Shown here: piece by piece, positions 43,915 through 54,442 of the stretch
Layout of the letters: each line of letters starts with the position of its first letter
How positions within the stretch are numbered: position 1 is the first letter of the stretch
Assembly (NCBI GenBank): GCA_963815455.1
Contig: CAWFGO010000001.1
Span: 384,001 to 448,000, forward strand
Direction of reading: 5' to 3'
Length of the DNA stretch: 64,000 nt
Source: an uncultured Verrucomicrobiae bacterium
GTDB lineage: Bacteria; Verrucomicrobiota; Verrucomicrobiia; Chthoniobacterales; UBA10450
Program-made: the position numbers and the translations under genes
The notes under the pieces: generated by a model
Databases searched by the model: none
Told to the model about the DNA's origin: nothing
The model's input: only the letters and a program-made list of their open reading frames with translations

Positions 43915-46696
43915 GCCAAAGAGTGGCGCGAGCGTCCCGCTTGCGAAATCCGAGGAAGAACACAAGCGGGACGCATGCGCTAGTCCCGAGCGAGCGACAC
44001 GAGCCGCGGAGCTGCTCAAGTCCGCCTTGGAACTCGGCCCGAAGGATCGGTCGTCCTTTTTGGATGACGCTTGCGGGTCAGATGCCGCCTTGCGCGCGGA
44101 AGTCGAATCGCTCTTGCGATTTCGGGGACCCGCGCGCGCTTTCATGCAACAACCTGCGATCCATCTCGCCGCCGATGTCTTTCCCGATCGGGAATTGAAA
44201 GCGGAAGAAACGATCGGCGATTACAAAATCATCTCGCTCATCGGCAGTGGCGGAATGGGCGATGTCTATCTGGCCGAAGATCGACAACTGCATCGTCAGG
44301 TAGCGCTCAAGATCGTCCGTCGTGGCATGAACAGCGATGACGTCATTCGCCGGTTCCAGCGCGAAGAACAAATTCTCGCTGGTCTGAACCATCCAAACAT
44401 TGCGCGACTCTACGGTGGTGCGATCACAGCCGACGGCATGCCTTTTTTTGTCATGGAATATGTCGATGGCACGCGTCTCGACGAGTACTGCGATGAGAAG
44501 CGGCTGCCGTTAAAAGAACGACTCACACTTTTCCGGAAAGTGTGCGGCGCTGTCGCTTACGCGCATCAACATCTCGTCATTCATCGCGACCTCAAACCGA
44601 GTAACATTCGAGTGACGCCCGAGGGCGAGCCGAAGCTGCTCGACTTCGGAATCGCCAAACTACTCGATCCAGCAACCTCGATCGGTCGCGAAATGACGAT
44701 GACGTTTCCCGGCGCGATGACGCCGGAATACGCCAGCCCTGAGCAGATCCGCGGCGAAACCATGACCACGACGAGTGATGTCTACAGTCTCGGCGTTGTT
44801 CTTTACAGATTGCTCACCGGCCAAAGTCCCTATCGCACGAAGACAAATCGTCCCGACGAGATCGCGCGAGCGATTACCGAGCAGGAACCGACGCGCCCGA
44901 GCACAGTCGTGGCATCGGCTTCCAGCCGATGGTCCATGGGCTGGAAGCCCATGCCACAACTCCGGGGTGATCTCGACAACATCATTTTGATGGCGCTGCG
45001 CAAAGAACCAGCGCGGCGTTATTCATCGGTGGGACAGTTTTCCGAAGACATTCGTCGCCATCTCGACGGGCTTCCAGTTATCGCTCGCAAAGCTACTTGG
45101 AATTATCGCGCGGCCAAGTTCGTCAAACGAAACAAAACAGCGGTCTTCGCGGCCACGCTTATCGTGACAACTCTGTTTGCCGGAATGGCAATGACAATTT
45201 GGGAGAAGCGCAGGGCGGAACGGCGTTTCAATGATGTGCGCGAGTTAGCCGCGGGATTCGTGTTTGAGATAAACGGCGCCATCGAGCACCTCCCGGGCGC
45301 CACCTCCGCGCGGGTGCTTCTGGTCCAGCGCGGGCTAAAGTACCTGGACAGCCTGGCGCAGGAATCACGGGGGGATCGTTCGCTCCAACTCGAATTGGCC
45401 GTAGCCTATCTTAAGATTGGCGACATTCAGGGCAGACCTTACCGGCCGAATATTGGCGACGCGGCGGGAGCGTTGGTGAGCTATCGCAAGGCGCAATCAA
45501 TCTTAGAGGACTTGTCTCATTCGGAAATGAAGGACTCGAAGGTGTTATACGAGTTAGCAACATCTTACGAAAATATTGGCCGTCTCCAATTGCTGGAGAC
45601 GAATCGAACTGAGGCGATCGAGAACGCGCGGAAAGCAGTCGCGACCGCGGCAACGTTGGACGCAGCGGCGCCAGCAGACTTGAAATACCGCAAGCTTCTT
45701 GGGGACAGCTATGTCCATCTAGGCATGGCTCTATTCGGGGAGGAATGGCAGAGTTTGTCTATTGGCATCGAAGAGACCCAGCAAGCACTGGAGATCTTCC
45801 GCAAGGCACTCTCGATCCACGAAGCCTTAGCCGCCGCCAAGCCAGCAGACGGTTTTTTTCAGTGGGCGGTCCAGGCAGATTACACCTACATCGGTTATGC
45901 CGAGCGCAGGATGGGTGACCTCACGAGCGACACGGAGCATTATCGCCTGGCGCTGCAGAATCATGTCAAAGAGCTCGAGATAAGCCAAGGCCTGGCCGCC
46001 TCCGATCCAACAAACGCATCCTATCAGCAACTTGTCGGCGAGGGACACATGGATGTCGGCAAATCACTGGCCAAAATGGGCGATACCGCGCGGGCTTTGG
46101 ATCATCTCCGTCAATGGCACTCGATTTGCGAATCGTTGGCCGCGTCCGATCCCAGCAACGTCGAAATGCGAGCACAGATAGGCAACAGCGATGACAACAT
46201 CGGACAGGTCCTAGCGCAAGCAGGTGATGCCAGGGGCGCATTGGAAGCCAGCGAGAAGGCGAAAGATAACTACTCTAAGTTACTCGCTGGCGCTCCAACC
46301 GATCTAGCCCTTCATAACCGGCTGGCCCGCCTATACAGACAGATCGGTGACATTCTAATAAAGGCCGACAATACCGATGCGGCGCTCAAGACGTATGACC
46401 AAGCGCGCGCGCTTTTGGAGAACTGGTTGGCGCTCAAACCGACGAGCGTAGAAGCGCGGCACTTGCTCGCGCTAAATCACGCCACCGTCGGTAAGGTTTA
46501 TCAGAATCGCGCCGCCAACCAGAGATCTGCCGACGAGCGCCAGCAAGCGCTGAGCAAAGCAAAGGCTTCGTTCCAGCGCAGCTTGGAAATTTGGCATGAA
46601 CTGCGCGACCAAGGTCTTCTGACTTCCGGCCAGGCCGGCAAACTTGATGAGCTTAGCAAAGAGATCGCCAAATGTAGTGCGGCGCTGGGGGAATAG
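43904..46696 (+). CDS. Ser/Thr protein kinase with TM helix and TPR-like C-terminus
   Basis: GSGGMGDVY, VALK, HRDLKPSN, DFGIAK, TPEYASPEQ, DVYSLG. Confidence 0.95.
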   Translation: MQPEPKSGASVPLAKSEEEHKRDACASPERATRAAELLKSALELGPKDRSSFLDDACGSDAALRAEVESLLRFRGPARAFMQQPAIHLAADVFPDRELKAEETIGDYKIISLIGSGGMGDVYLAEDRQLHRQVALKIVRRGMNSDDVIRRFQREEQILAGLNHPNIARLYGGAITADGMPFFVMEYVDGTRLDEYCDEKRLPLKERLTLFRKVCGAVAYAHQHLVIHRDLKPSNIRVTPEGEPKLLDFGIAKLLDPATSIGREMTMTFPGAMTPEYASPEQIRGETMTTTSDVYSLGVVLYRLLTGQSPYRTKTNRPDEIARAITEQEPTRPSTVVASASSRWSMGWKPMPQLRGDLDNIILMALRKEPARRYSSVGQFSEDIRRHLDGLPVIARKATWNYRAAKFVKRNKTAVFAATLIVTTLFAGMAMTIWEKRRAERRFNDVRELAAGFVFEINGAIEHLPGATSARVLLVQRGLKYLDSLAQESRGDRSLQLELAVAYLKIGDIQGRPYRPNIGDAAGALVSYRKAQSILEDLSHSEMKDSKVLYELATSYENIGRLQLLETNRTEAIENARKAVATAATLDAAAPADLKYRKLLGDSYVHLGMALFGEEWQSLSIGIEETQQALEIFRKALSIHEALAAAKPADGFFQWAVQADYTYIGYAERRMGDLTSDTEHYRLALQNHVKELEISQGLAASDPTNASYQQLVGEGHMDVGKSLAKMGDTARALDHLRQWHSICESLAASDPSNVEMRAQIGNSDDNIGQVLAQAGDARGALEASEKAKDNYSKLLAGAPTDLALHNRLARLYRQIGDILIKADNTDAALKTYDQARALLENWLALKPTSVEARHLLALNHATVGKVYQNRAANQRSADERQQALSKAKASFQRSLEIWHELRDQGLLTSGQAGKLDELSKEIAKCSAALGE
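43922..43984. repeat. palindromic element in frame in the kinase N-terminus
   Basis: agtggcgcgagcgtcccgcttg / caagcgggacgcatgcgctagt; encodes SGASVPLAKSEEEHKRDACAS. Confidence 0.7.
44909..44957. repeat. family B repeat in frame within the kinase
   Basis: gtggcatcggcttccagccgatggtccatgggctggaagcccatgccac; encodes VASASSRWSMGWKPMPQ. Confidence 0.9.
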
Positions 46697-46893
46697 GTCG
46701 CCACGGCAGTTACTCAGAGCGTGGCGCTTCCTTTGGGATTTTGGGATTAGCGCGCGTCGCGCGAAGGAGCGCCACAAATGGCCGCGATGGCAGCGCTGAG
46801 ACGATCGAAGCGGCCGACCCTGCTGTCCCCACCTGACGCGTGATCCATAGATCGCTTGACATCGTCGTATCATTCAATCATCGTTTCAGCGAA

Positions 46894-47125
46894 TATGCGA
46901 ACCACCCTCACCATCGACAATGATGTCTTTGAAGCCGCTCGGGCCATGGCGGCATCCTCGGGGAAGAAACTCGGCGAGGTCATTTCCCATCTCGCTCGCC
47001 GTGGACTGAAGACGCGGCCGGAAACGGCAAAGAAAAATCGCCTGCCCGTTTTCCGCGTTTCAGAGAACGCTCCAGTCATTCCCAGCGATCGGGCCCGCGA
47101 AATTCTGGCGCGGGACGAAAAGTGA
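46894..47125 (+). CDS. VapB-like ribbon-helix-helix antitoxin
   Basis: MRTTLTIDNDVFEAARAMA...LGEVISHLARRGL; overlaps the start of the PIN gene. Confidence 0.85.
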
Positions 47126-47539
47126 AGACCGCGCTCCTCGATGCCAACGTGCTTCTGGCGCTGGCCTGGCCGAATCATCAGCATCACAGCGCAGCGCACG
47201 ATTGGTTCAGCGCCCAATCCCGCCATGGCTGGGCCAGTTGCGCGTTCACTCAAGTCGCTTTCATTCGGCTCTCCGCGAATCCTGCTTACACGCCGAGCGC
47301 GGTTTCACCGCAGGAGGCGGCGGCACTGTTGGAAGAATTTCTTCTACACAAACATCACCGGTTCTGGCCATCCCCGCCCGCGGCAATGCCGAAAGTCTAT
47401 TCGCGCGCGCTGGGACATCAGCAGGTGACTGATGCTTATCTGGCGATGATCGCCCATCATCAGAAAGGACGTTCTGGTCACGTTTGATACGCGCGCCGCT
47501 GCGCACGCGCCGGACGTTGTCGATCTTATTCCGTCATGA
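47122..47539 (+). CDS. VapC PIN-domain toxin (frameshift near the 3' end)
   Basis: LLDANVLLALAWPNH.HH, QVTDAYL, then LVTFD in a shifted frame. Confidence 0.88.
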
Positions 47540-47583
47540 CCTGGCATTGAAACGCGCGGGGAGCGCATTACTATCATCGCAAA

Positions 47584-50039
47584 GTGGCACGCAGCGTAAA
47601 AAACAACCCCTGGAACGAGGTCTTCGCCCTCGTTCTCCTTTTCATCGGGACGCTGCTTTTTCTCGCGCTCATTTCTTATACGCCGAAGGATGTCCCGTCA
47701 TGGGTCTGGTTTAGCCACATCTCTCCGGCCAATCATCCGGCCCAAAATTTTATCGGGCCAATCGGCGCGATCATAGCCGGAGTCTGCTACCACCTGATCG
47801 GTGCCGCTTCCTATTTGCTAGCCGCAGTGCTGCTCGGTTTTGGCGGGGCCAAATTGTTCCATTCCACTTTGCGGGTGACACCGCGGATTCCGTGGATCGT
47901 TTTGTTCGTCGTTTCCGGCGCGTGCCTGTTGCAGTTGCAAACGAGCCATCTTCAAGGCTGGAAAGCGCTGTTCAACATTCAGGGTCCAGGCGGCTGGGTC
48001 GGTTATTTTTTTGGAAGAACACTTCTGCTCAACTCCATGGGCGAGGTTGGCTCGGTCATTCTTCTCACGGGAATGTACCTGGCCGCGTTGATTCTCATGA
48101 CCGGCTTGCGACCGATTCATATCGTTAGGGAAACGCTGGCCGGCACACGCAGCGGTATCGTCCGGTTCCACGAATGGCGTTTGCATCGACAACTGCGCCG
48201 GGCGGACATCAAAGGCCAATTGGAAATCAGCCAGAAAGAGCTGGCCAAACAACGGCGTTCGATCGAGAAGCAGCTCAAGAAGAAGGGCGCGCCCGTTTCC
48301 GAACCGTCGGCTGCATTTATCTCGCCGGAGGAACTGGCCAACCGGCCAAAGCCGAAGGTGGTCGATACCACGGCGTTGCCAAACGATTCGGCTCCAGCGC
48401 GCAAGAAGCCATCCCTGGCCGAGCTTCGCCTCGGCACTCACAAATCGACGGCCCCATCCGGCCTGGCGAGTCGAACATGGGACGCAAGTTCGTACCGGCT
48501 TCCCGGGCTCGATTTGCTGGACGAGCACGACCCGGAAGGCCGCGGCGCGGCCGATCCTGCCGAACTCGAGCGGGTTCAACAAATCCTGATCGACACGCTC
48601 GGGCAATTCGGCATCGCGGTTGCCGCGGGCGACATTACTAAAGGCCCAACGATCACGCGTTACGAAGTTTATCCGGCCAAAGGCGTGCGCGTAGACAAGA
48701 TCGTTAGTCTGGAACGCGATCTGGCCCGCGCCACGCGGGCGGAGCGAATCAATATCCTCGCGCCGATTCCCGGGAAAGACACGGTGGGCATCGAGTTGGC
48801 GAACGCGCGTAAGGTCACCGTGACATTGCGCGAACTTTTGCAGTCGCCCGGTTGGGACGAAGCAAAGACGAACGCGAAAATTCCGTTAGCCATTGGTAAA
48901 GACGTTTACGGCAAGACCATTATCGCCGACCTGGCCCAAATGCCGCATCTGCTGGTGGCCGGCACAACCGGCGCCGGTAAAAGCGTCTGCATCAATGCCA
49001 TGATCGCCAGCATGCTCTTCCGGTTCACGCCGGAGGAACTGCGATTCATCATGATCGATCCGAAGGTGGTCGAGATGCAGGTCTACGAATCGCTGCCGCA
49101 CCTGGCGTTTCCGGTCGTTGTCGATCCTAAGAAAGTGCTCCTGGCGTTGCGCTGGTTGATCGATGAGATGGAGCGACGTTACAAAATTTTCGCGCGCGCG
49201 GGCGTGCGCAACGTCATTGGGTTCAACGGGCGGCCGAAGAAGAAAACACAGAAAGAACTGGATGCGGATGTAGAGGCGGGCGTGTCGCCCGCAAATTTCG
49301 GAGCTGCGGCCGACACGGCCGCCTCCATACCGGTTAAAGTTCCGCGCGACGATGAAATTCAAATTCCGGACAAACTTCCCTATATCGTCGTGATCATCGA
49401 CGAGCTGGCCGATTTGATGCAGACCGCGCCGGCGGATGTGGAAAGCGCAATTGCCCGGATCACGCAAATGGCGCGCGCCGCCGGTATTCACATTATTGTC
49501 GCGACCCAAACGCCGCGGGCCGACGTCATTACCGGAGTGATCAAAGCGAATATCCCGAGCCGGATTGCGTTTCAGGTGGCGAGCAAGATCGACAGTCGCG
49601 TCATTTTGGATGAGAACGGGGCCGATCGCTTGTTAGGCCAGGGCGATATGCTTTACCTGCCGCCCAGCGCTTCCCGATTGATTCGGGCCCAGGGCGTCCT
49701 GGTGACCGACCACGAAATTCAGCGCCTGGTCGATTTCGTTACCGCCCAAAGCCCGCCCGCTTTCGACGCCGTTATGCACCAGAAATTGCAATCCGCTCAG
49801 CGTCCGCCACCGAAGAAGAAGTAACGGACGAAGACGAAGAGCTGGTGGAAAAATGCATCGACATTATCCGGCAGGAAAAACGCGCCTCCACTTCCCTGCT
49901 CCAACGCCGGCTGCGACTCGGTTATACCCGGGCCGCTCGGATCGTTGATATTCTCGAACAGCGCGGTATTTTGGGTCCCGGCGAAGGTGCGAAGCCGCGA
50001 GAGATTTTGGTCGATCTCGATCTTGACGCCGCTGTCTAG
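47584..50039 (+). CDS. ftsK: DNA translocase FtsK (frameshift near 49800)
   Basis: 4TM N-terminus; MPHLLVAGTTGAGKS, IDPKVVE, IIDELADLM; gamma domain ASTSLLQRRLRLGYTRAARIVD. Confidence 0.95.
49269..49329. repeat. family A palindrome in frame within the FtsK motor domain
   Basis: tgtagaggcgggcgtgtcgcccgc...gcggccgacacggccgcctccata; encodes VEAGVSPANFGAAADTAASI. Confidence 0.85.
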
Positions 50040-50053
50040 CCGGCATTTACGCC

Positions 50054-50977
50054 ATGACAATTGAAGGTCTCGGTAAAAAATTTGAAGAAGCGAGGCTGGC
50101 TCGAAAGCTGACCCTCGATGAAGCGGCCCGCCTGACGAAAATTCGGCCGTCCCGCCTGGCCGAAATCGAGGCGGACGATTTTTCGCAGTTCCCGAGTCTC
50201 GCTTATGCGAAGGGGTTCCTGCTCATTTACGGAAAATTTTTGGAGGTCGACGTGACACCGTATCTGGAAGCATTTGAAAGTTCGGAAAATGTCACCGTCG
50301 ATGGTTATTCTTATCTTCAGGAAACTCCGGCGCCGAAGCCGGCGCGCACGCCCATTGTTCGAACGCCGAAAAAAAGGCAGACATCGGTATGGCCATTGGT
50401 GGTGGCAGTCTTCGTTCTGGTGATGGGTTTTTCCGTGATGAAACTGGTCTTGAACCTCAAACGCCTTTCGTCCGGCAACGAGAAAATGATGATCGGCATC
50501 CCGCAGCCTTCGCCGGCGGAATCGGTTGCACCGAGCCCGCCAAGTGTCGCGACGGTTCCCACTCCGCAACCGACTGCGACCCGATCCAGGAAAAGTGAAT
50601 CGACCACCGGTGGCCTGGTATCGGCCGCAACACCGGTAGCAGTCAAGCCCAAGGCGCCTGAGCCGGAGGTCCGCCGGGCCCAACCGGTAGTCCGGGAGGA
50701 AGTCGCCAAAGAAAATGTTGCCGAGACATCTCCACCCGCCGAAGCGCCGGGTGAAACCCGATGGGACATCAAACCGCTGAAAAAAACTTATATTAAGGTG
50801 GTCGTCGATAACGGAGCAACCACGCCTCCAGTTGAACGGTGGATCTCGCCGTCCGATGGGGCGATGGAATTTCGCGGCAAACACATCGCGGTCCGGGTTC
50901 TGGATCGAGAGGCGATCCAGGTCAGGAAAAACGGCCAGCCGCCGGCCGAGAACGACAGCGACGTCGTCATTCAGTAG
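50054..50977 (+). CDS. RodZ-like HTH membrane protein
   Basis: LGKKFEEARL..KLTLDEAARLTKIR..RL.EIEADDF...YAKGFL..Y, followed by a TM helix; position between ftsK and rimO. Confidence 0.8.
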   Translation: MTIEGLGKKFEEARLARKLTLDEAARLTKIRPSRLAEIEADDFSQFPSLAYAKGFLLIYGKFLEVDVTPYLEAFESSENVTVDGYSYLQETPAPKPARTPIVRTPKKRQTSVWPLVVAVFVLVMGFSVMKLVLNLKRLSSGNEKMMIGIPQPSPAESVAPSPPSVATVPTPQPTATRSRKSESTTGGLVSAATPVAVKPKAPEPEVRRAQPVVREEVAKENVAETSPPAEAPGETRWDIKPLKKTYIKVVVDNGATTPPVERWISPSDGAMEFRGKHIAVRVLDREAIQVRKNGQPPAENDSDVVIQ

Positions 50978-50983
50978 CGCTTC

Positions 50984-52460
50984 ATGAATTCGCCAGCTGT
51001 AGCGGCAGCCGTGTCGAACCGCAGATTCGAATGCCCAGAGAAAAGAGCGGCCGACACGGTCGCCTCTACACCGTCCCAAAGTGGGCATGATCAGCCTCGG
51101 CTGCGCCAAAAATCTTGTCGATGCGGAGATCATGCTCGGCAGCGTTTTGCAGCGTGGGATGGAAATCACATCGCGGGCGGATGAGGCCGACGTGCTCGTG
51201 ATCAACACCTGCGCCTTTATCGATTCAGCCAAGGAGGAATCGATCGAGGCAATTCTGGAAGCGCATCAGCAGCGCGGTCTAAACAAACGCCCGAATCAGA
51301 AACTGATCGTGAGCGGTTGCATGTCGCAGCGATTTTCCAGCGAGCTGCGCGCGCAGATGCCGGAAGTCGATGCGTTTATTGGGCTGGACCAGGTGAGTGA
51401 GCTAGGCGCAATCGTCGAGAGAGTGGTGGCACGGGCTTCCAGCCCGTCTCCCATCGGCAAGATGCCGATGCCAAATCGCGATGTCGATCTTAACTTCGTC
51501 ACCGCACGCCCGACTTACATTCCCAATTACGACACGCCGCGATTTAGGCTCACGCCCGCGCACTCGGCCTATCTGAAAATTGCCGAGGGATGCAACCATC
51601 CCTGCAGTTTTTGCGTGATCCCGCAAATGCGCGGAAAACATCGCAGCCGACCGATGGACTCGGTGTTGGCGGAGATGCGCGGTCTGGTTCGCGAAGGCGT
51701 CCGAGAAATCAATTTGATCAGCCAGGACACGACGTATTACGGAATGGATTTGTGGCCGGAAAAAGCCGGTCCGCGGCAGCCGGTCGATTCCACACGCGGT
51801 CCCACGCTGACGAAGCTCCTACGCGAAATTCAACAGATCGAGGGCGACTTCTGGGTGCGCCTCCTTTACACGCATCCGGCGCATTGGAGCGACGAGCTGA
51901 TCGAAACCATCGCGCAATGCGGCAAGGTCGCGCGTTACATCGACATCCCGTTACAGCACATCGATGAATCGATGCTCGGACGGATGCGCCGGGAAACGTC
52001 GCGGGCGCATATCGAGAACTTGATCGGCAAACTTCGCGCAGGAATTCCCGGTGTCGCCCTGCGCACCACCTTCATCGTCGGATTTCCAGGCGAAACCGAG
52101 GCCGAGTTCGAGACATTGATCGAGTTCATCGAGCGAACACGATTTGAGCGCCTCGGCATTTTCAAATACTCGCAGGAGAAAGGATCGCGCGCAGCCAAGA
52201 TGCCGGGTCAGATTTCCGCCAGGGTCAAGAACGCTCGTTATCGAAGGGCGATGTCGATCCAACAACGGATCGCGCACGAAATTGCCACGGAAAAAATCGG
52301 ACGCGAATTAAAGTTACTGGTCGATCAACCGCACGTCGCGCGGACCGAGGCCGACGCGCCTGATATCGATACGCGCGTTATTTTGTCGAAGCCGGCGCCG
52401 GTCGGCGAATTCATCTGGCGAACGATCACCGGCAGCCGCGGCTACGATTTGCTGGCGTAA
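50984..52460 (+). CDS. rimO: ribosomal protein S12 methylthiotransferase (ORF from 51081; ATG at 50984 joins it if one indel near 51071 is corrected)
   Basis: ISLGCAKNLVD, NTCAFIDSAKEESI, KIAEGCNHPCSFC, YIDIPLQH, C-terminal TRAM domain. Confidence 0.93.
50998..51070. repeat. family A palindrome at the rimO 5' end
   Basis: tgtagcggcagccgtgtcgaaccgc...gcggccgacacggtcgcctctaca. Confidence 0.85.
51426..51473. repeat. family B repeat in frame within rimO
   Basis: gtggcacgggcttccagcccgt..catcggcaagatgccgatgcca; encodes VARASSPSPIGKMPMP. Confidence 0.85.
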
Positions 52461-52588
52461 CATTATCGCCGTTTGGCAAACGCTGTGAATAACTCACGCG
52501 CGCGCAAAATTATTCGCCGCGCAAAGTTAACAAGTGACAATCCCGCCATTTTCGGTCAGTCTTTTTCACCACCGATTCGCCACGTCTC

Positions 52589-53164
52589 ATGGCCGACTCC
52601 ACCGAACCAAAAAAGGAAACTGTCCGCATCGCCCTGCCGCCAAAACCTCAGCCGCCCGGGGCGGGGGTTGAATCGCGCGAGACGGCAAGAATCAATCTGC
52701 CAACGCGTCCGCCTACCGTTCCTCCGCGGCCGCCCTCGGCGCAATCACCTTTGCCGCCGCCTCCGACCAGGCCAATCGCACCTCCGCCCTCGGCGGCGCC
52801 ATTAATGCCAAAAGGTGCAGGCCCCGGCGCCGCATTCCCTGCTTCCGTTGCCATGCCGGCGATTAATCCCTCCCCCGAGCCGAAAAAGGAAACCGCGCGC
52901 ATCCCAGTCCCGGGTCCAAAAAAAGAGACTGCTCGCATTACGGTTTTGCCCAATCCTCCACCGGCGCCAACTGTGCAGATGAAAAAGACTCAGCCCCTCA
53001 GCCGGATGCCTGAGATGGCGCCGCCGAGCATGCCGGTGAACGTCGCCACCAGCGCGCCCGAACCGGAATTGGTTGTCGCTGAAATGCCGATGTCGTTCTA
53101 CTGGGCCGTGCTGGGCGGTGCCGCCGCGATTTTGATTATTCAGATTTGGATTTACGTTTCTTGA
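52589..53164 (+). CDS. Pro-rich, C-terminally anchored membrane protein with repeated ETxRI motifs
   Basis: KKETVRI, RETARI, KKETARI twice; hydrophobic C-terminal helix. Confidence 0.75.
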   Translation: MADSTEPKKETVRIALPPKPQPPGAGVESRETARINLPTRPPTVPPRPPSAQSPLPPPPTRPIAPPPSAAPLMPKGAGPGAAFPASVAMPAINPSPEPKKETARIPVPGPKKETARITVLPNPPPAPTVQMKKTQPLSRMPEMAPPSMPVNVATSAPEPELVVAEMPMSFYWAVLGGAAAILIIQIWIYVS

Positions 53165-53167
53165 TAT

Positions 53168-53497
53168 ATGGAGAATTCAGCGACCGTTAAACTTGATGAA
53201 TCCAACTTCGATCGCGAAGTGATGCAGAACGATAAGCCGGTGATTGTCGATTTTTGGGCCGAATGGTGCGGCCCGTGCAAAATGATCGCGCCATTGCTCG
53301 ACGAAATCGCGCGCGAAAAAGCCGGCAGCGTCAAAGTCGCAAAAGTCAATGTGGATGAAAACCAGAGCCTCTCGTTCAAATACAACATCCGGGCGATCCC
53401 ATCCCTGCTCTTCTTCAAGAACGGCCAGGTCCGGGACCAGGTCACTGGCGTAGCCAGCAAGAAGGATTTGCTCGGCCGCCTCGAAGCGCTGGCGTAG
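53168..53497 (+). CDS. trxA: thioredoxin
   Basis: DFWAEWCGPCK, IRAIP. Confidence 0.96.
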   Translation: MENSATVKLDESNFDREVMQNDKPVIVDFWAEWCGPCKMIAPLLDEIAREKAGSVKVAKVNVDENQSLSFKYNIRAIPSLLFFKNGQVRDQVTGVASKKDLLGRLEALA

Positions 53498-53552
53498 AAA
53501 TTTTCGCTACGCGAAAATTTCCAGTGACCAGTGATGAGTGACGGGTGACGAG

Positions 53553-54093
53553 CTAATTACAAACTCGGGTCGTTGTTCTGTACGACACCTGGACTGACCC
53601 CCTCATCCGAGCGCGTTGCAAAAGCACCGTGATGCGACGATACCCGTATCGGGGGTGCGCTTCACTCAACTTCAACACCTCTTGATGGATGCTTCGACAC
53701 ATTGCACTCACCCGGCTCGGCCGATAAAAACTCGCGCGGTTGAACCTCAGAGCCCGACAAGCAGGCGCCGTCTTGCCCCAACCCTCTTCCACACTGCGCT
53801 GCACCGCCCGTCTTTTACTCGACGGGCTTACTATTTTTTGCGTTCACCTCTTTCAATATCTGGTTCTGCACCGTTAGATCCGCCACCACTCGTCGCAGCC
53901 GCCGGCATTCCTCTTCCAAGGCGTGCAGGCGGCGCGCCTCGCTCCCTTCCATCGTCCCATACTTGCGCTTCCACCGTAATAGGTTTGCACCCCAATGTTG
54001 TGTTACGCACACACCGCCTTCACCCGCGCTCCCCGCACGTACCTGCCTCATTATCCCCGATCTTCTGCTCTTCGCTGAATCGACTCTTTTCAT
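53553..54093 (-). mobile_element. IS3-family transposase remnant (OrfA plus truncated OrfB)
   Basis: RWKRKYGTMEGSEARRL.ALEEE.RRLRRVVADL (OrfA); HPRYGYRRITVLL (OrfB HTH); no DDE core. Confidence 0.75.
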
Positions 54094-54172
54094 CTGCCTC
54101 CTTTTGTGGAGGCAGAATTATCGCTATGCCATGTCCACTTTTTCGGGTCAGGCCACCTTCATCCAAGTCACG

Positions 54173-54442
54173 CTATTCTGAGAGCAACTCTTTCAATTGG
54201 CCGACCCTTCGCCGTAATCGTTCTTCCGCCGCGGCAGCGTAGCTTGGGCGATCTGATCGCAGGTCTGCGTCATCCATGTAATGATATAGCTCATGCCAAG
54301 TATTCTTCATTAAATGATTAGTCTCAGTATCAATAGACGGCCACTGAGAGACGGCTGAGTTAGCGTCGAGCGAGCCGTCGAGAACGGACTCAAGGAGCCG
54401 TATCGCGAGTTCAATACGCATCTTGAGATCGTGATTTTTCAC
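54173..54442 (-). CDS. putative immunity protein of the RHS toxin
   Basis: GTG start overlaps the RHS TGA; ~89 aa, ...QWPSID...WHELYHYMDDADLR. Confidence 0.7.
   Translation of the reverse strand: MKNHDLKMRIELAIRLLESVLDGSLDANSAVSQWPSIDTETNHLMKNTWHELYHYMDDADLRSDRPSYAAAAEERLRRRVGQLKELLSE

Noticed and set aside
46894..47539. VapBC pair as a novel system
   Set aside because: An ordinary RHH antitoxin plus PIN toxin module.
168..51473. Palindromic repeats as a CRISPR array or integron attC sites
   Set aside because: The copies are dispersed, not regularly spaced with unique spacers, and no cas gene or integron integrase is present.
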